Below the pieces are notes generated by a model. It worked only from the letters and a program-made list of their open reading frames with translations, made no database searches and had not been told where the DNA came from. The position numbers and the translations under genes are program-made. 64,000 bases of DNA from Marsupella aquatica (lineage: Eukaryota; Plantae; Marchantiophyta), in NCBI GenBank assembly GCA_973895155.1, contig OZ316897.1, positions 23,163,455 to 23,227,454 of the forward strand, written 5' to 3'. Below are positions 13,249 through 26,599 of the stretch, in pieces (within the stretch, counting starts at the first letter, position 1; each line of letters starts with the position of its first letter).

Positions 13249-15425
13249 CTGCATACACACTAGTCACTAAGTATTGAAGAGGATGAGAAAATCAGGAAAG
13301 TCATCCAATAATCACTCGAGCAAGGAGTCTAAAAACTTGGCACTATTCCGGCATAAATGCTTTATCTGTTAGGCAAAGCAGGAAGACACAGGACACCTGT
13401 TGTTGCAAAAGTACTTTCCAAACAAATGCCAGAGCAAGGGCGACAGCTGCTGTCCATGATACCATTGATCACTTTTCAGCAAAGAAACAAAGCAGCTACA
13501 GAGGGGCCTTCAAAGGAAAAAACTCAACGCAAGATACAAACCAGAACCAGAAGATACTGAGAGTTCCTTTTTATGCCTAATTGCCGTCTTGAATCCATCT
13601 TTCGCACAATGGAAATCACTTCAAGCACATGGAAATCACTTCAAGCAACCACAATAGGGTTTACAGTGGCAGTGCAGCGCCGATAAACCTACACATAAGA
13701 AAATCGAAACAAACCCTAGGTTCACACAACCAGAAATGAAAGCCTCGGGTTGACACAAAATCTTAGCAACAGAGGAAGCGACAGAGGAAAGAGCACCACA
13801 AGGATGAAAACTCCGGTACAAGGCCCTGAACTCACCATCCACCAAACCCTAAATCACCGAACACCCAATCCAAAATCCCTCAAACCGCGATGTAAGGCCT
13901 CCTGATCCGCAGTCGATCCTTATAATCAATTAAACATGCAGCAACTTACCACCTGCAAATTTCCAGGCCAGATTGCTCGCGAATCCGCCATACGACAGCC
14001 TATGCCGAACAGATAAGTATAGCGAAGGCTCTTACGCAGACAGGCTCTTCGGTCGGCAGACAAAGAAGTTGATCCGTAGCCTAGTGTAAATGAAAACGGT
14101 GTTGAAGGACGCAGTGCCTCAAAATAACGTCTACTGTACTCATTGGAGCGTGGAATCAACTTCAATTGGCAACGATGCCCGTAAATGAGGTAGATTCAAG
14201 CATCGAAAGGTAGCAAATAATTTAGGGTTTAGTACTAGGGTTAATTTGCTACCAATGTTTTGTCTCTTCCCAACAGCTATCAGGGCAATACCTAGGGTAA
14301 CCACGAATTTTACACGCACCCTGTGATGCCCAGTAGCGAGGCGACCAGAACTCCTGCACAGGCACGCAACTGGAAGTTTTACTAAGATTTTGACTTGCTT
14401 CTCTGGAATTGTTGCGTTTAATGCACATTGATCTTCTGTGTTGCACACGAAGCTGCATTCCACACCTGCGGAGTTTACAAGGATCGTCAGTGTGGCAAGC
14501 CTTCGCTACGTCTGCCTACGGAGCATCCAGACAGCTCGAAGAAGAAAGGGGTCGTGCAGGCAAGGATTGGCGGACCACTTTGATATGACTTGCAGCTGCG
14601 GGATATCCGCATTCTCATCCTTCGTTGTCGAAACACCATTCTCCGATTCTTCATCATCACATTCTCACGGCAAGGATCTTGCGGCCAGCTGCCCAGTGCT
14701 ATGGCAAGCAGCCAGTCCGCAACTCAAGGCTGACATCAATCCAACATGAGGCACCGGGACACAATGTTGCGGTAACGACGGCTCCTCCCGGGCAATCGAA
14801 TTCTGGCAGGCGGCCCGCCATCCCCTCTGTTCAGAATTCGGAAATCGTTTACATCCCATCCGACATTCTAATGTATGTAGAAACCTGAAGCCTTTTCTGA
14901 GGAGACATCATGTATAGCAAGAACAGTTGTCCTTGTAGTTGCAAACTCTGGTCAAAGCAGACACCTTTTCAAACTTGCTGAAAGTGTGGTTTACTAACCC
15001 CTTATTTCTGTTGATTGCTGCTTATTCATGGATGGGCTTAAAAGAGTATAACCAAAGGATCTCGTAGTTTATTCGGCATCACATCAAATAACTTGACTGC
15101 CTGAAATCTGCAGAAATTATCAAATAATTCGACTGCGTTGATCGACATCGTATCAGCCAATTTATCAAATCAGCCAATTCGATTTCCAGCATCAGCAGAC
15201 CAGGCTATTTGCTTTGAGAAGGAAAATTATATCCTCCAAAAATTAGCAGAACAGGATACTGGCTTACACAAGGAAATAATATCCTAAGGAAGAGCGAAAA
15301 AGCAGGGCAATCAAGAGGGCGCAAATCAAGAGGGCGCGCACTGGGTAACCGAAATCGATATCGGTCCTTGTGTTTTATTTTCCTCTAATAGAGCATTGGA
15401 AATAGGAGACTGAAAACTATGCTTT

Positions 15426-17843
15426 TCAATCCTCTTCTAAAAGGCGTTTTATGCAAGAAACCATGGATAGCAGCTCCTCGGTAGTTGCCAAACCACTTGC
15501 CCGCCATCTAATCCTCCCCTTTTTATCAACCAAGAACAAATACCTGTCATTTAATACGGCCCAATGTCACACTCGGACACATCCTTAAAAATGCATTCTA
15601 AGGGGCTGTAACATATAAATGAAAAACTTTCCACACAGTAGCCATACAGGCAATTCGACAGAAATCTTACACCTAACCTACGGATTTTCACTGGAATTCT
15701 TCATATTATACATACCCAGCAAGTACATTCGGTATTCCTAGCTCTTTGCGGAAGAAGTATGTGTCGCCAAATGCATACACCAGCCTTTTCTTCATTGGTT
15801 GCTCTCCTTCTACGAGTTCTGGAGCTCTCATGATTCGTAGCATTATACGCTTCACGGGTGGAAGTGACAGAAACCAGGAATCCACCAAAGAGACCTGAAC
15901 TCAAAAGGACAGCACTTAGCATCTGTTTGTCGCCCCCATGAAATATTACATCAAAGATCATTCCTACACTGTGAAGTGCAACGACCAAAGACATGCAGTA
16001 CCACTCTTTCGTAGCTGCAACTCCAATGTTTTACAGTTTTCCCTCTAGGTCAGGATCCAGGATGAGAAGCACTGTCGTCATTAGTTCCCCTACAAAGGAA
16101 AATCTCCTTGTTACCAATTTTTCAGTCGTGCATTAACTGTTAAGACTGCTCAAGTGTTCGAACGTTTTACCCATCTGTGACCGTCACTGCAGCTTTAAAT
16201 CCTCGTATGTTAGTAAACCTCAAAAGTATCAATTCTGTTGTGTGCTGTATTTGACTTGTGGATTTATTCTGTAAACATCGCCCTGAATAGTTTATGTCCT
16301 GTCCAGTTTTCGACTTTACCCAGTCTCAAACAATAGAGCTTGGGTATAGGCAAGAGAGCCTGCTCTACTTTGATAGTAAGAGGTCTTGCCATGTCATAAA
16401 GATACGAAAAACGAGGGTGACAAAGACAATGACGAATCGACTTACCTCAACGAGCTCAATGCTAGCTGACGACTCCAAGCTGGTTGAGAGAGGCTTAGTC
16501 CATGATTCTATCATATCCTGCATCATTAAAAGTGCAGCTGCCACCAATTTTACTGCAGAGCAAGATCTCCTTCTGCTAACTACACAAAGACCACGTGGTT
16601 TGCAGAGTCCCGAACATACATCGATGAACACATTCACTTCTTACTGAAATCGAGCTTAACTCCTTGACATAGTTGAAGCAGAATCAGAATGCCAGAAGAA
16701 TGTGAATGTCAGACCCTAATGGTGAGGCAAGATGTTTGAGTAAATTTGGCTTATAGGTGAACAAGCCTTTTGTGTATTAGGAAGTACGGACAGTTGAATC
16801 ACCTGTGCACTAGCTCGAAAGGCCATGCAAATGACAGTTGCGCGGATGGATGGATTGTCATTCTCAGTGATTGGAAGAGAAACACAATCCCCTGCTTTCG
16901 TGCAGGTTGTTAACGGAGGAAATTTTCCTGCAGCCAGAACAGGCACCAGGTTCTGACTTGCGATGGCAACCTGCATAGGCGAAACTCATCTTTCAGCTTT
17001 GTAGGCAAGTCCAATGCTACGGAGTGAGGACTAGCTCGTCCCAGAGGAGATGGGACCGAGGCACTATAGAGCTTTCATCGTTGAGCTCAGCCAGCGAGTA
17101 CGTCTTCTGCAATAGTTAAGACACTTCAAAATTACAAGAGATTCTGCTTACCTTTCCACCAGTTTTCTTGAGCTCACGGAAGTCATCAAAATACCCTCGG
17201 TTCAATTCATCCTTCCTGTGCAAGTCATTTTGGTTTTCGAAACTCGTCAATTTACGCAGCATGTTCCCTTCACATCGAGAAATTTCTAGAGAACACAGAA
17301 AATTAATATGACACGACATTCCACTGGAAAACCCTTCAAGGCCATCACTTAAGCCCGAAACGAACAGCAAAGGAAGCAGTTTAACCGCCATTCAATCACA
17401 TTGCTAATAAATTGCATTCTATAATGATATACTAAAAAGGATTACTACAATTCGCATGCAGATGGTGCAAAGGATTCCGATACAGCTGATTCCTTTCCCT
17501 TGACTGAAATGAATGTCACTATTTAGAATAGGGTAGTGGTTCTCATACAATCTGGCACGCTCTTTGTCGCGTGCTTCCTTGTTGAATACCTGCCAACGAG
17601 TTCAGAAACGAGTAAAGTTTTTGACAGTGAAGGACTTTGATAAACTCTTCTTCGGGGATCCTCCAAAACCACAATTCAGGGACTATTCGTGTATGAAGTT
17701 GTTAACAAGTCTGCAGACCCCGTGGTCCAACCCAAAGAGCAGTTTACACTTGAAAATAAAATCTGCATCTGCCAAGCTTAGAAATCTTCCCGACCGAGGG
17801 GTACAAGGACTTACACTAAATATATTCAAATGGCGGAGGGTCC
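15426..17843 (-). CDS. ATP10: Mitochondrial ATPase complex assembly factor ATP10. Exons 17843-17815 (tentative), 17589-17549, 17215-17152, 16970-16803, 16517-16446, 15894-15716, 15543-15426; N-terminal exon(s) unresolved
   Basis: Spliced product DKERARLKDELNRGYFDDFRELKKTGGKVA..FRASAQDMIESWTKP..VYAFGDTYFFRKELGIPNVLAGYLFLVDKKGRIRWRASGLATTEEL* matches plant ATP10; GT-AG introns with compatible phases. Confidence 0.88.
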
Positions 17844-17919
17844 CTGGATCCAACAAAACACCCAACTGGGTAAGCCAACAATGGAAGTGCAGGGGAATCA
17901 TCGCTTGGCAACTCGGTGA

Positions 17920-19123
17920 TCACTGGATCAACGATGCCAGCGTTGGTCATATCCACATACACCTGAGGGTGTCAAAAGTAAATACGAGACAAATCCACTG
18001 ATAGGCATCATAGAAGAATTGACTCATCCATAACAAACCAAGGTAGGGAGAACTCCCCAAAGACTACATTCTCACTGAAGAAAATCCACCCAATTAGGAC
18101 AGAGTTGAGCTCTTTTCTAAAGGTTTTCCCTTCTGTACGATTCCGCCTGTCTGCAAAAGGGTCCATTTCCCAAGGCTTTTGCATGGTTTGCACAACTCAA
18201 GTTACGCCAGAATGTGTGTTACCATCACAAATAATTATGGTGAAAGCTGAATCCTTGTAAATTTACACCAACCACGCCGCTTGAAAGGGGCACAACTAAT
18301 TCATCGACAGTAATTGCTTAACTAATTCAACAATGCCACTGCTGCAACGGCTCGTTATTTTCAGCTGCTGGATCTCCCTAATCATAACAAGACATGAAGA
18401 AATCATTTGTAGTGAGAGGTAGAAAAGTCAGACACCTCTTGCCTCATCGTATCCAATACCTATGCTCTGCCACACCAGACTCTTGCCCACCACAACTGCT
18501 CCTTCCACTCCAGCATTTTCTGTTACGATGTAGGCAGGCATCTGTCTAAATCATTTCACAAGTGTTACTAACACCCAATAGCAAGCCTAAATCAAAGACT
18601 GTCATGCTCCGGGTCATTGAAACTTACAGCTTTTGGACTTAACATCTGAAATAAAGTAAGGAGATATATAGCCGGTCAAACTTCATGCCCTCCACACCTT
18701 CTAGTTCGTTGCAAGGTTGTTTCCGTCCTCCAACATCGCATTCATGCATACTTAAAAGAAGCAAGAACAATGGGAATTCCAGTGAGGTGTAAATAGGAGG
18801 ACCAGGATCCGTTGGCAAGTTTGCGAGGCCTTTGCCACCGTCACACCATCCCTATTAACTTTACGATAACCAAAACGTTGCTCTGTAACCCCACATCGAC
18901 CTTGGACAAGAGTTACAGATTCACAAAGCAATGAGTGACTGGTTCAAGGATGTCACGCACCTACGACACACCTAGACATAATTTTGTAAGGGGCGGACAA
19001 TAATTACGTTGAGCAGTTGTGTATTATACCTTTGGGCGCATGGTAACCTTCTCAGCATCCAATAATTCCTCAACAACTTGGAGTGTAAGAGGCCTCCCCT
19101 CGCCTTGACTCCAATTCTGGTAT
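17920..19123 (-). pseudogene. HSP60: Fragmentary mitochondrial chaperonin HSP60/CPN60 pseudogene (exon relics 19123-19030, ~18900-18826, ~18740-18628, 18541-18436, 17962-17920)
   Basis: Collinear relics: LQVVEELLDAEKVTMRPK; GR..EQRFG..KVNRDGVTVAK; NELEGVEGMKFDR/YISPYFISDVKSKSC; NAGVEGAVVVGK..GYDEARG; YVDMTNAGIVDP. Splice sites are retained; frameshifts and large deletions are present. Confidence 0.85.
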
Positions 19124-21175
19124 CTGTCAAGAATGCAATGATCTTAGAATAGAATACTAAAACAATTGTGAAAGGCAGATCCAGGTAGCTCAAGTATCAA
19201 GGAGCTCGTTCATACTCCCATATTTCACTGTAACCATAGAATAGACAGAGCCAAGAGCCTATCGAATTGGCACCTAAAACCTTCAGCCAGGAGTCACATG
19301 TTATCCTTGGGGTTTGCATAGGATAGACTCTTAGGACACCTTGACAGGCGTTCAGTTGTACGTTCCCTCCTCTGTCCCTTCTATGCTATACACAACCAGA
19401 ATCTCAGGTTTTTGAAAAGCGACTATAATTCACAAATAAAGCCTTGCCAGCATCGGTAGATTGGCTCTAGAGAATCCAGTGTAATTTAGACACAGATGAC
19501 ATGAATATGAAATTCACAAAGAAAGCCTTGCCAGCATCGGTAGATTGGCTCTAGAGAATCCATTATAATTTAGACTCAGATGACATGAATGTGAAAGCGC
19601 TATCCTCCCTCTCCTACAATTCAGAACTAAAGCCTATCCAGCATTCTTTAAATTGGCTCTTATAGAATCCGTCGAGAGACACATATGACATGAATGTGAC
19701 AGCGCCCGCCCAACAATCAAACTTAAGTTCAATTAAAATCTTCATCACATAAGCCCCGTAGCAGGAAATTCACGCAACTATAAATGTCACCGTGGTGCTG
19801 GAACAAGAGTTTCTCTTAAACGTAGGTACGCACAAAGTTGAAAATCGTTCTTCGGTCTCATTACCTGAACGCCTTATACAAGAACAATGGCTGATACCCA
19901 TACCAATCAAACCGGAAGATGAAAGATGAACTCTGCAAATCAAACGTCTTTGTTGAGAATGCATTCAAGGTCGTTTGATCACATCATAATCCAACAAATG
20001 ACATACATGCAAAATTAATCACACCTGGCTGTGGATTGCAGCCGAAAGTGGTCCATATGCAAAATTTCCATCGAGTCAGATCCGTTCCCGTGCCGGGAAT
20101 AGAGCTTAATGGTACAGTTGTGAGAAATATGATCTTACCTCTTTGACAAACGTTCAGATCAGTATAAGTAGGGCAATCTTGCAGAGCCCTCAAATTCAAG
20201 TCTCATCTTTCCTGGACTAAGGAAAGAATATTCACTAAACGAAGGCTCTGTTGGGAAGGCCAAGGAATCTCAGCTCAACGTAATAGTTGGAGGAACCCCT
20301 AGAAGCAGAGCAGTAGCACTTCTCCAGGATCACGTCCTCCTCATTAAGAAGTTAGAACTAAGAAGTGCTGTACTCTTCTAAGAATCATCCCAGCTTTGCC
20401 ATCCAAACTTGAGAATCAAAACTACAAGTTTTCAGAAGAAAACTTACGAGAATTTCAAATCCCAAAGCAACCACCACCATACCTGCACATTGCCCTCTGA
20501 AAAATTTTGCCGCAAGTGCTCGAGTTTATCGCCCTCCTAGAAAGAAACCTTTCCAACCGAATTGTCCTGCATACCAAACGAAAAATTGACGACATTTCTT
20601 CAAAGAAGAACTTGTGAATAAGTGGCATGCAGAGCGTGTAAGTAGCAAATGGGCAGGCTCGACAATTCTTTCAGAACAAGAAATTGAAGCAAGTGGGAAA
20701 AAATATTGATTTAGGTTGTGATGGGCAGTACAAGAAGGTCATAAACGGAGACATCCTTTAATGTTTGACATGTCTGAAAAAAGAGGCAAATGCACATAAT
20801 TGCAGGCAGCAGGAGACGTCATCCAGGAATTGAGCAGGAATTGAACCACGATGGGGAGACGAAAAAGTTTCCCGGGCTGAAACAGAGATTCTGTCCTGCT
20901 TCCTTGGGCACTAAGAGTTGAGAAGTGCAGTTGCCCAGCACTTTAGGGTTGAAACGCAGACGAACATCGAGTATAGCTAGGGCCTTCCTAGGAATTCTCT
21001 GCCCAAAGGACATCGCGAGAGGAGCTGTAAAAGTGGTAACGCGAACGTAACAGGGATCATTGGATTTCGCCAGCAACCAGCTACACCCAGCTCCCCGACA
21101 ATCAACCAAAGCGAACAAATAATGAGTTACGACGAGTAATTCTTAGCAGATTTTGAATTCTGCAAGAATCGTTAT
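19121..21175 (-). repeat. Duplicated 5' gene module, copy A (paralog of 37815-39737), upstream of ATP10
   Basis: Continuous same-orientation similarity, e.g. TATCTGTCAAGAATGCAATGATCTTAGAATAGAATA at 19121 and 37815. Contains a putative exon MSSIFRLVCRTIRLERFLSRRAINSSTCGKIFQRAMC(R) ending at a CAG|GTATG donor near 20482, and an ~82-bp tandem duplication at 19438-19596. Confidence 0.9.
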
Positions 21176-21620
21176 CTTGGGACAGCCCGGGATTCGGGAT
21201 AGCCAGCGGGGTATGTAGACATCTCCTTCAATTCATGTAGAAATCTTGGTGGCGGAGAGGAGGAGCACTGAGAAGCGCCACTGTTAAACCTGAGCTGTCA
21301 CCTTGCTCTTCAGTTGGAATTCAGCTGAACTGAGCCCGCTATTGGAATGCCTTTGGGGTCTTTTTTGTGGTCTTTTGGCCACTAGTGGCCAAAAAAGACA
21401 GTCCTTCCTGTCGACAGGAAAATACAAAGTACCCAGATTACAAAGTAAATCTATCGCCTCCATTCTCGAAACATGACTGCATCGGGAGCCCGGATAGCAT
21501 TGCCTTCTTCCCTAACTCCCCTTCTTCCTTGCATCAACTCCGGCCACCCTGCCTACCACCTCCCCGCCCCATCGCGTAGAGCTTCTCCCCATCGCGTAGA
21601 GCTTCTCGCTGCACTCCATT

Positions 21621-22445
21621 GGGGGTTGAGGGAGTTTGGGTTGAGGGGGTTGGGGAGTGGGGGTTTAGGGAGTTTAGAGTGCGGGAGTTTAGAGAGCCGG
21701 AGTTTGGAGTGCGGGAGTTTGGTTTTTGCGGGTTTGGTTGTGGGTTGGGTTGAGGGAGTTGGGGAGTTGTGTGTTGAGGGTGGAGGGAGTTTAGTTGGGC
21801 AGGAGTTGAGGGAGTTTGGGTTTAGCGGGTTTGGTTGTGGGTTGGGTTGAGGGAGTTGGGGAGTTGTGAATTGAGGGAGTTTGGGTTTAGCGGGTTTGGT
21901 TGTGGGTTGGGTTGAGGGAGTTGGGGAGTTGTGTGTTGAGGGTGGAGGGAGTTTGGTTGGGGAGGAGTTGAGGGAGTAAGTTTGAAATTATGGGGTTTGG
22001 TTGGGGAGTGGTGTGTTGGGGGTTCAGGGAGTTTGGGTTGAGGAGGTTGGGGAGTGGGGGGTTAACCCTCACCCCTAGCTCACAACACCCCCAATGCTAC
22101 ATTAGGGTTGCACACGCCTCCTAGTATGCACACCCTCAAAACTGGGGGCCACCCTCAATCCCCATGGAACCATGCATGCACCCTCACCCTCAGCTCATTC
22201 CACCCCCAAAGCTACAATAGGGTTGCACACAACCCCTAGTACTCACACCCTCAAAACTGGGGAGCACCCTCACCCCCAGCTCATTGCACCCCCAATGCTA
22301 CAGTAGGGTTGCACACACCCTCTAGTACTCGTACCCTCAATTTTGGGGGGCACCCTCATCCTCAACCCCCATGGAACCCATCACCACCCTCACCCCCAGC
22401 TCGTTACACCCCCAAAAGCTATAGTAGGGTTGCACACGCCCCAAG
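21621..22445. repeat. G-rich simple repeats (21621-22062) abutting C-rich ~70-130 bp repeats (22063-22445)
   Basis: GGGTTGAGGGAGTTTGGG-type units switch at GGGGGTTAACCC to about four CACCCTCACCCCCAGCTC..TAGGGTTGCACAC units. Confidence 0.85.
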
Positions 22446-22449
22446 TACT

Positions 22450-23236
22450 TGTAGGATCAAAATAGACAATATGACGTCTCATATCATCATTCATATAGCA
22501 CTCGAGTACACCGACACAAAGATATGTGGTTCACCCCGTTAGGGCTACGTTCACAGTCGCACCACGAGCTTCACTATGAACATGAAAGTACATATCACCA
22601 TAGCTCCATGGTCCAAGCTCTCTCATTCTCACACAGAGTTCTCCACTAAGTGTTCTCTGTCCATGGGATACAAAGAGGGTTATCCCTTCATGAAGAGTCT
22701 AATCAACTAATGTGAACTCTGGTTAACTTACACTAGTCAACCTAGCCAAGGTTGAGTCAAAACCCTAACAAACTCCCCTTTGACTCTAGCCTTGAGCTAA
22801 CTGCTAGCAATCTGATGCTAAGATCTGCAGTGAATTGCAATGTCTTGCAAAATCACCATGAGGGATAACCTTGGTTAACATGTCAGCTGGATTGAGTTTA
22901 CCATAATCTTGACTAGCTCAACCTTTCCTGCTAACACTGTCTGTCTGATGAAGTGATACCGGATATCAATGTGTTTAACTCTGTCATGTGTCATTTGGTT
23001 GGCAGCAATGTGTAAAGCACTATTGTTATCACAATGGATAAGTACAATGCACTATGTAATCCCCAAATCCTTCACCAGGTTGCTTAACCAAATCGCCTCC
23101 TTAGTTGCTTTAGTTGCTGCCATATCTTTAGCTTCAATAGAAGACTGAGATATACATTTATGCTTTGTGGACCTCCAACTCACACATCCACCTGCAAGAG
23201 TGAATGTGTATCCCGAAGTGGACTTCCTCTGGTCCA
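22450..23236 (-). mobile_element. Ty1/Copia 3' remnant: RT-end/RNase H relic, PPT (22771-22782) and 3' LTR (22450-22770)
   Basis: RKSTSGYTFTLAGGCVSWRS..EAIWL..IHCDNNSA..RVKHIDIRYHFIR; purine tract AAAGGGGAGTT directly before TGTTAG; LTR bounded by TG..CA. Confidence 0.9.
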
Positions 23237-24245
23237 AATCTCCTCCGATGGTGGAGATCGGTTTGGTTGAGGTCGAGGTGGTGTTGGTGAGGGCACTGAT
23301 GAGTCGGCAACAGTTGTAGCTGGAGGAGGCGCCATAAGATTCAGCAAGTCTGAGGGGAAGCCGAGTGAGGTCAAGAAGGATGTCTCGCCCGGATCTGCGT
23401 TACCGAACTGATGGTCTATGGAAGCCTAAACTTTGGCGGGGATATGGTTGAAGTGGTGTCGTTGCAAGTCTATCGTGCCCGGGAGTGTGAAGACCTCATC
23501 TGGAAGCTGAAGGAGTGCTTCCCGGAAGTTGACGTACTTTGGACCATCGAAGAAGTATTCACAGATCTCGTCGACTCGACAGAGCTCGCTCTAGAATGGG
23601 AGGTTGAAATTGTCGTTATAGTGAGAGCGCCCGGCTAGGCAGATGAGCCGTTCTACTGCCTTTTGGTTTTGTACCGGCGTGGGTTGACGTTGGCCAGTGA
23701 CTTCGCTAAATGATTTCCAACGGATAGAAATTGAAGCCAAAACCAAAGGACCAAACTGGACATAATCATGACAAACATACAGGAAATGGCGGTGGATGAC
23801 TAAGGAGCAAATGAGCAAGATGGGGTCGAAGCTGGCGTGAGGAGTGAAGTGCTGATGCTAAGCAAGAGAATGGCCTGCCTTTTATACCCCGAGGGCTTGT
23901 CGGCCGAACGGCCCCTTCCTCTTTCCGATAGGCCTATCCTTTCACGCTTGTAGTGTACCGACCACTCTGCAGGTCCGGGTCAGAGTGTGTCAGTGAGCCG
24001 CCCCCTTGAGTTGTTATACGGACCCGAGGGGGCATCCCTACACGCTTGTAACCCGGTGGTATGAATGGCGCTCTGCCGCCAGCCCAAGCGTAAATGCTCC
24101 TTATTGACTAATGATGTCCTAGTCGTGATTACTACCTACTTTAGTGTCATTATGCTAATAACTACGGACTACTATGTCCATAGCGCGCGTGCTAAGCACG
24201 GATTAGACCAGATCACTCGTTAACCGCCGTGCTGGCGGCGTCACA
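23237..24245 (-). mobile_element. 5' fragment of the giant coding-LTR family
   Basis: Begins TGTGACGCCGCC at 24245 like 63283; 23821-24245 aligns with 62860-63283 including the TATA; decayed EYFFDGPKYVNFREALLQLPDEVFTLPGTIDLQRHHFNHIPAKV. Confidence 0.88.
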
Positions 24246-26599
24246 AGCAGACTTGGAAAAAGTGTTCAGAGTGAAAGAGAAGTTTATTCAAAAAGGCAAG
24301 ACTGAGAATATTCACTTTCAACCATTGTGAAGACCATAGAGCACAAAAATAAAATATTGTTCATTGAAATTCGACTCATTCAATACTTGTTGGAGCAAGT
24401 AGAACTCAAAAGAGATTGGGTGTAGTATAGACAGGGCTGTAGCTTTTCTTGGGGGGGGGGGGGGGTTCTAACTACATTGGATTAAACCCTCTATCCTTTA
24501 AAACAAAACTTGGTCAGCAAGGAGCAAGCAAGACGCACACTTAGTAAGTGGGATCACAAAACAAAGCAGGCTGCAGTCTATTCTACTGCTCAAGACACAA
24601 AGGGTAGGTCTGATGCACGACGTCCATTATCGCAGCTCCAATCCACTAATGCGGCTCACCGAATCCCAAACTCCAGCTGATGCTTTGCAAAGGGGAAGAA
24701 AAGCAAAGGGGAAGCAACCACAAACACAATAAGCTAAGACAACAATCTCATAGGAGAGAAAACAGGATTGGGAGAGGCAGAGCAAACATTGCACAGAGTG
24801 AGCAAAGTACATCATTCTCCTACAAAGAGCACAATCAATAAATTCATCCTGGTTGAGAGGCTGGGCAATAAGAGCTCATACAATAATGCATAGCCCACCC
24901 AAGGCTGAGCAAAGAACCAAACTTCTGAGAACAGAAAACAATCTTATAGGAGGCAAAAATTTAGATTGAGAGAGACATGAAATGGAAACCTATACAGACC
25001 AGAACAGAGACTCCCTTCAAGCTGGGACTCTGCTCTTGGTCGATCGCTATTGTTGCTACTTGCTAGTGCCCTTCACTAAAACTGAAAACAACACCAAGAC
25101 AACATTGGGCACTTTAAGTTCTCATAGTGCAGTCTCAGGGATTGAGGTGGGGTTTTAGGTAATTTTGGCTCTTTCAAACGTAAGTAGGGAATGTTGGGCG
25201 GTGTTCCTCCTCAATTTTATATTGCATTTGGAAAGCTAGAAAAATAGATAGAAGGGTTTGAAAGCATTCACGACCTAAGCAAGAGCGCTACACACAATAG
25301 TAGTGAGGGATTGTATGAGGAAAAACATATTACAAGACACATTGCAGACAATAGGATTGTAGCAATGAAATCCCGCCTGTGTTGACAAAATACCTGGTTG
25401 CAGCCGCGCGTTGCCCAACCCCTGAAGCAGTAGGTATCCACCCCCTTCACACCCCTCCCTTGCAGCAGCGGGTTGCCCCTTCCTTGCAGGCAGCTCAGCC
25501 TATCAGGTCCCTGATTGCAGCTCACTTCTAGTAGGTGCTTGTAGTAGAGCTCGGCCACTTGCAATCCCTTAGAAATTAACACTACAAGAGAACTGTAAGA
25601 AGGACAAGCAGTCATGACAGCAAACACAATTTACAGTTTGGTGGCACACGTACTAAGTATCCAGATGGCATAAAGCATGCCTTAACTTATGGCAATTTGC
25701 GCAGCTGAAATCAAGTAGGTGGTCCCACAACAAGACAGAGGACAACAAAGAAAATTAATGTAGCTATGATGTCTTACCAGCCTTGACAACGGGAGCTTCA
25801 AAGGCGATGCACTGTGGCTTAAAAATGGCAGCAGGTAAAGGTGTTTTCTTCAGCTGCAGCGATTGTGGTAATGTTACCCAAGCTTTCTTTGTCTGTCGTG
25901 GTGCTGCAGCAACTCCCTCCGTAGCCCAAGCCTAAGGCGCAAATCAACAGCTTGCTCTCTCCTGTCTCCTCGTCTGTCTCCCGTGCACTTCTGCCTCCCT
26001 GCCCTGTCAGTCTCCCACGTACTTATTGAAGTCTTAAAAAAACTGTCAACACCCAAGTGCACAAATGCTGACACATTCACACAGCAGAGCAGCAAATCAG
26101 TCCCTTGCAAATCAATTCCCTATCGAATCATGGGCACTATGCCAAGCACTGCGCAAGAGACCGGGAAAGACACTGCAAACATGGGGACCCACAAGCAATA
26201 AATCTGGACCCCCGACACAATCTGGAAATCCTTCCGCAAAACAACTGGCCCTCACCTCAGCAGCTCGCGATGGTAGCGCGACCTTAGACAAACAAATGCC
26301 AACACCAAGTCGTAGAGATTGCAGCCACAACACATCGACAATGCGGGTCAGGAGAAAAGCACAACAATGTATGGCCCTTCTCTCAGAATGCCCCAAACAA
26401 TGAAGCCCTAGCCTGGACATGACAAGAGTGAAAGGGAGGGAAATGCACCGGGAGATGCAGCGCCAACGTTGCAATGACGGAGGAGGGCAGGAATCCAATG
26501 CGAGGGCCATCGCATAATTCTCAGGCATGACATGACACCGACCTGGATAGACAGCCCAGATCGCACTATGAAAGGGTATTATCCCCTGCCAAAGGACTT

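Noticed and set aside
11608-13260. Stop read-through or U-to-C editing rescuing in-frame stops (also 60157-62817)
   Set aside because: Plant U-to-C editing is organellar; methyl-C deamination in silenced DNA is the simpler explanation.
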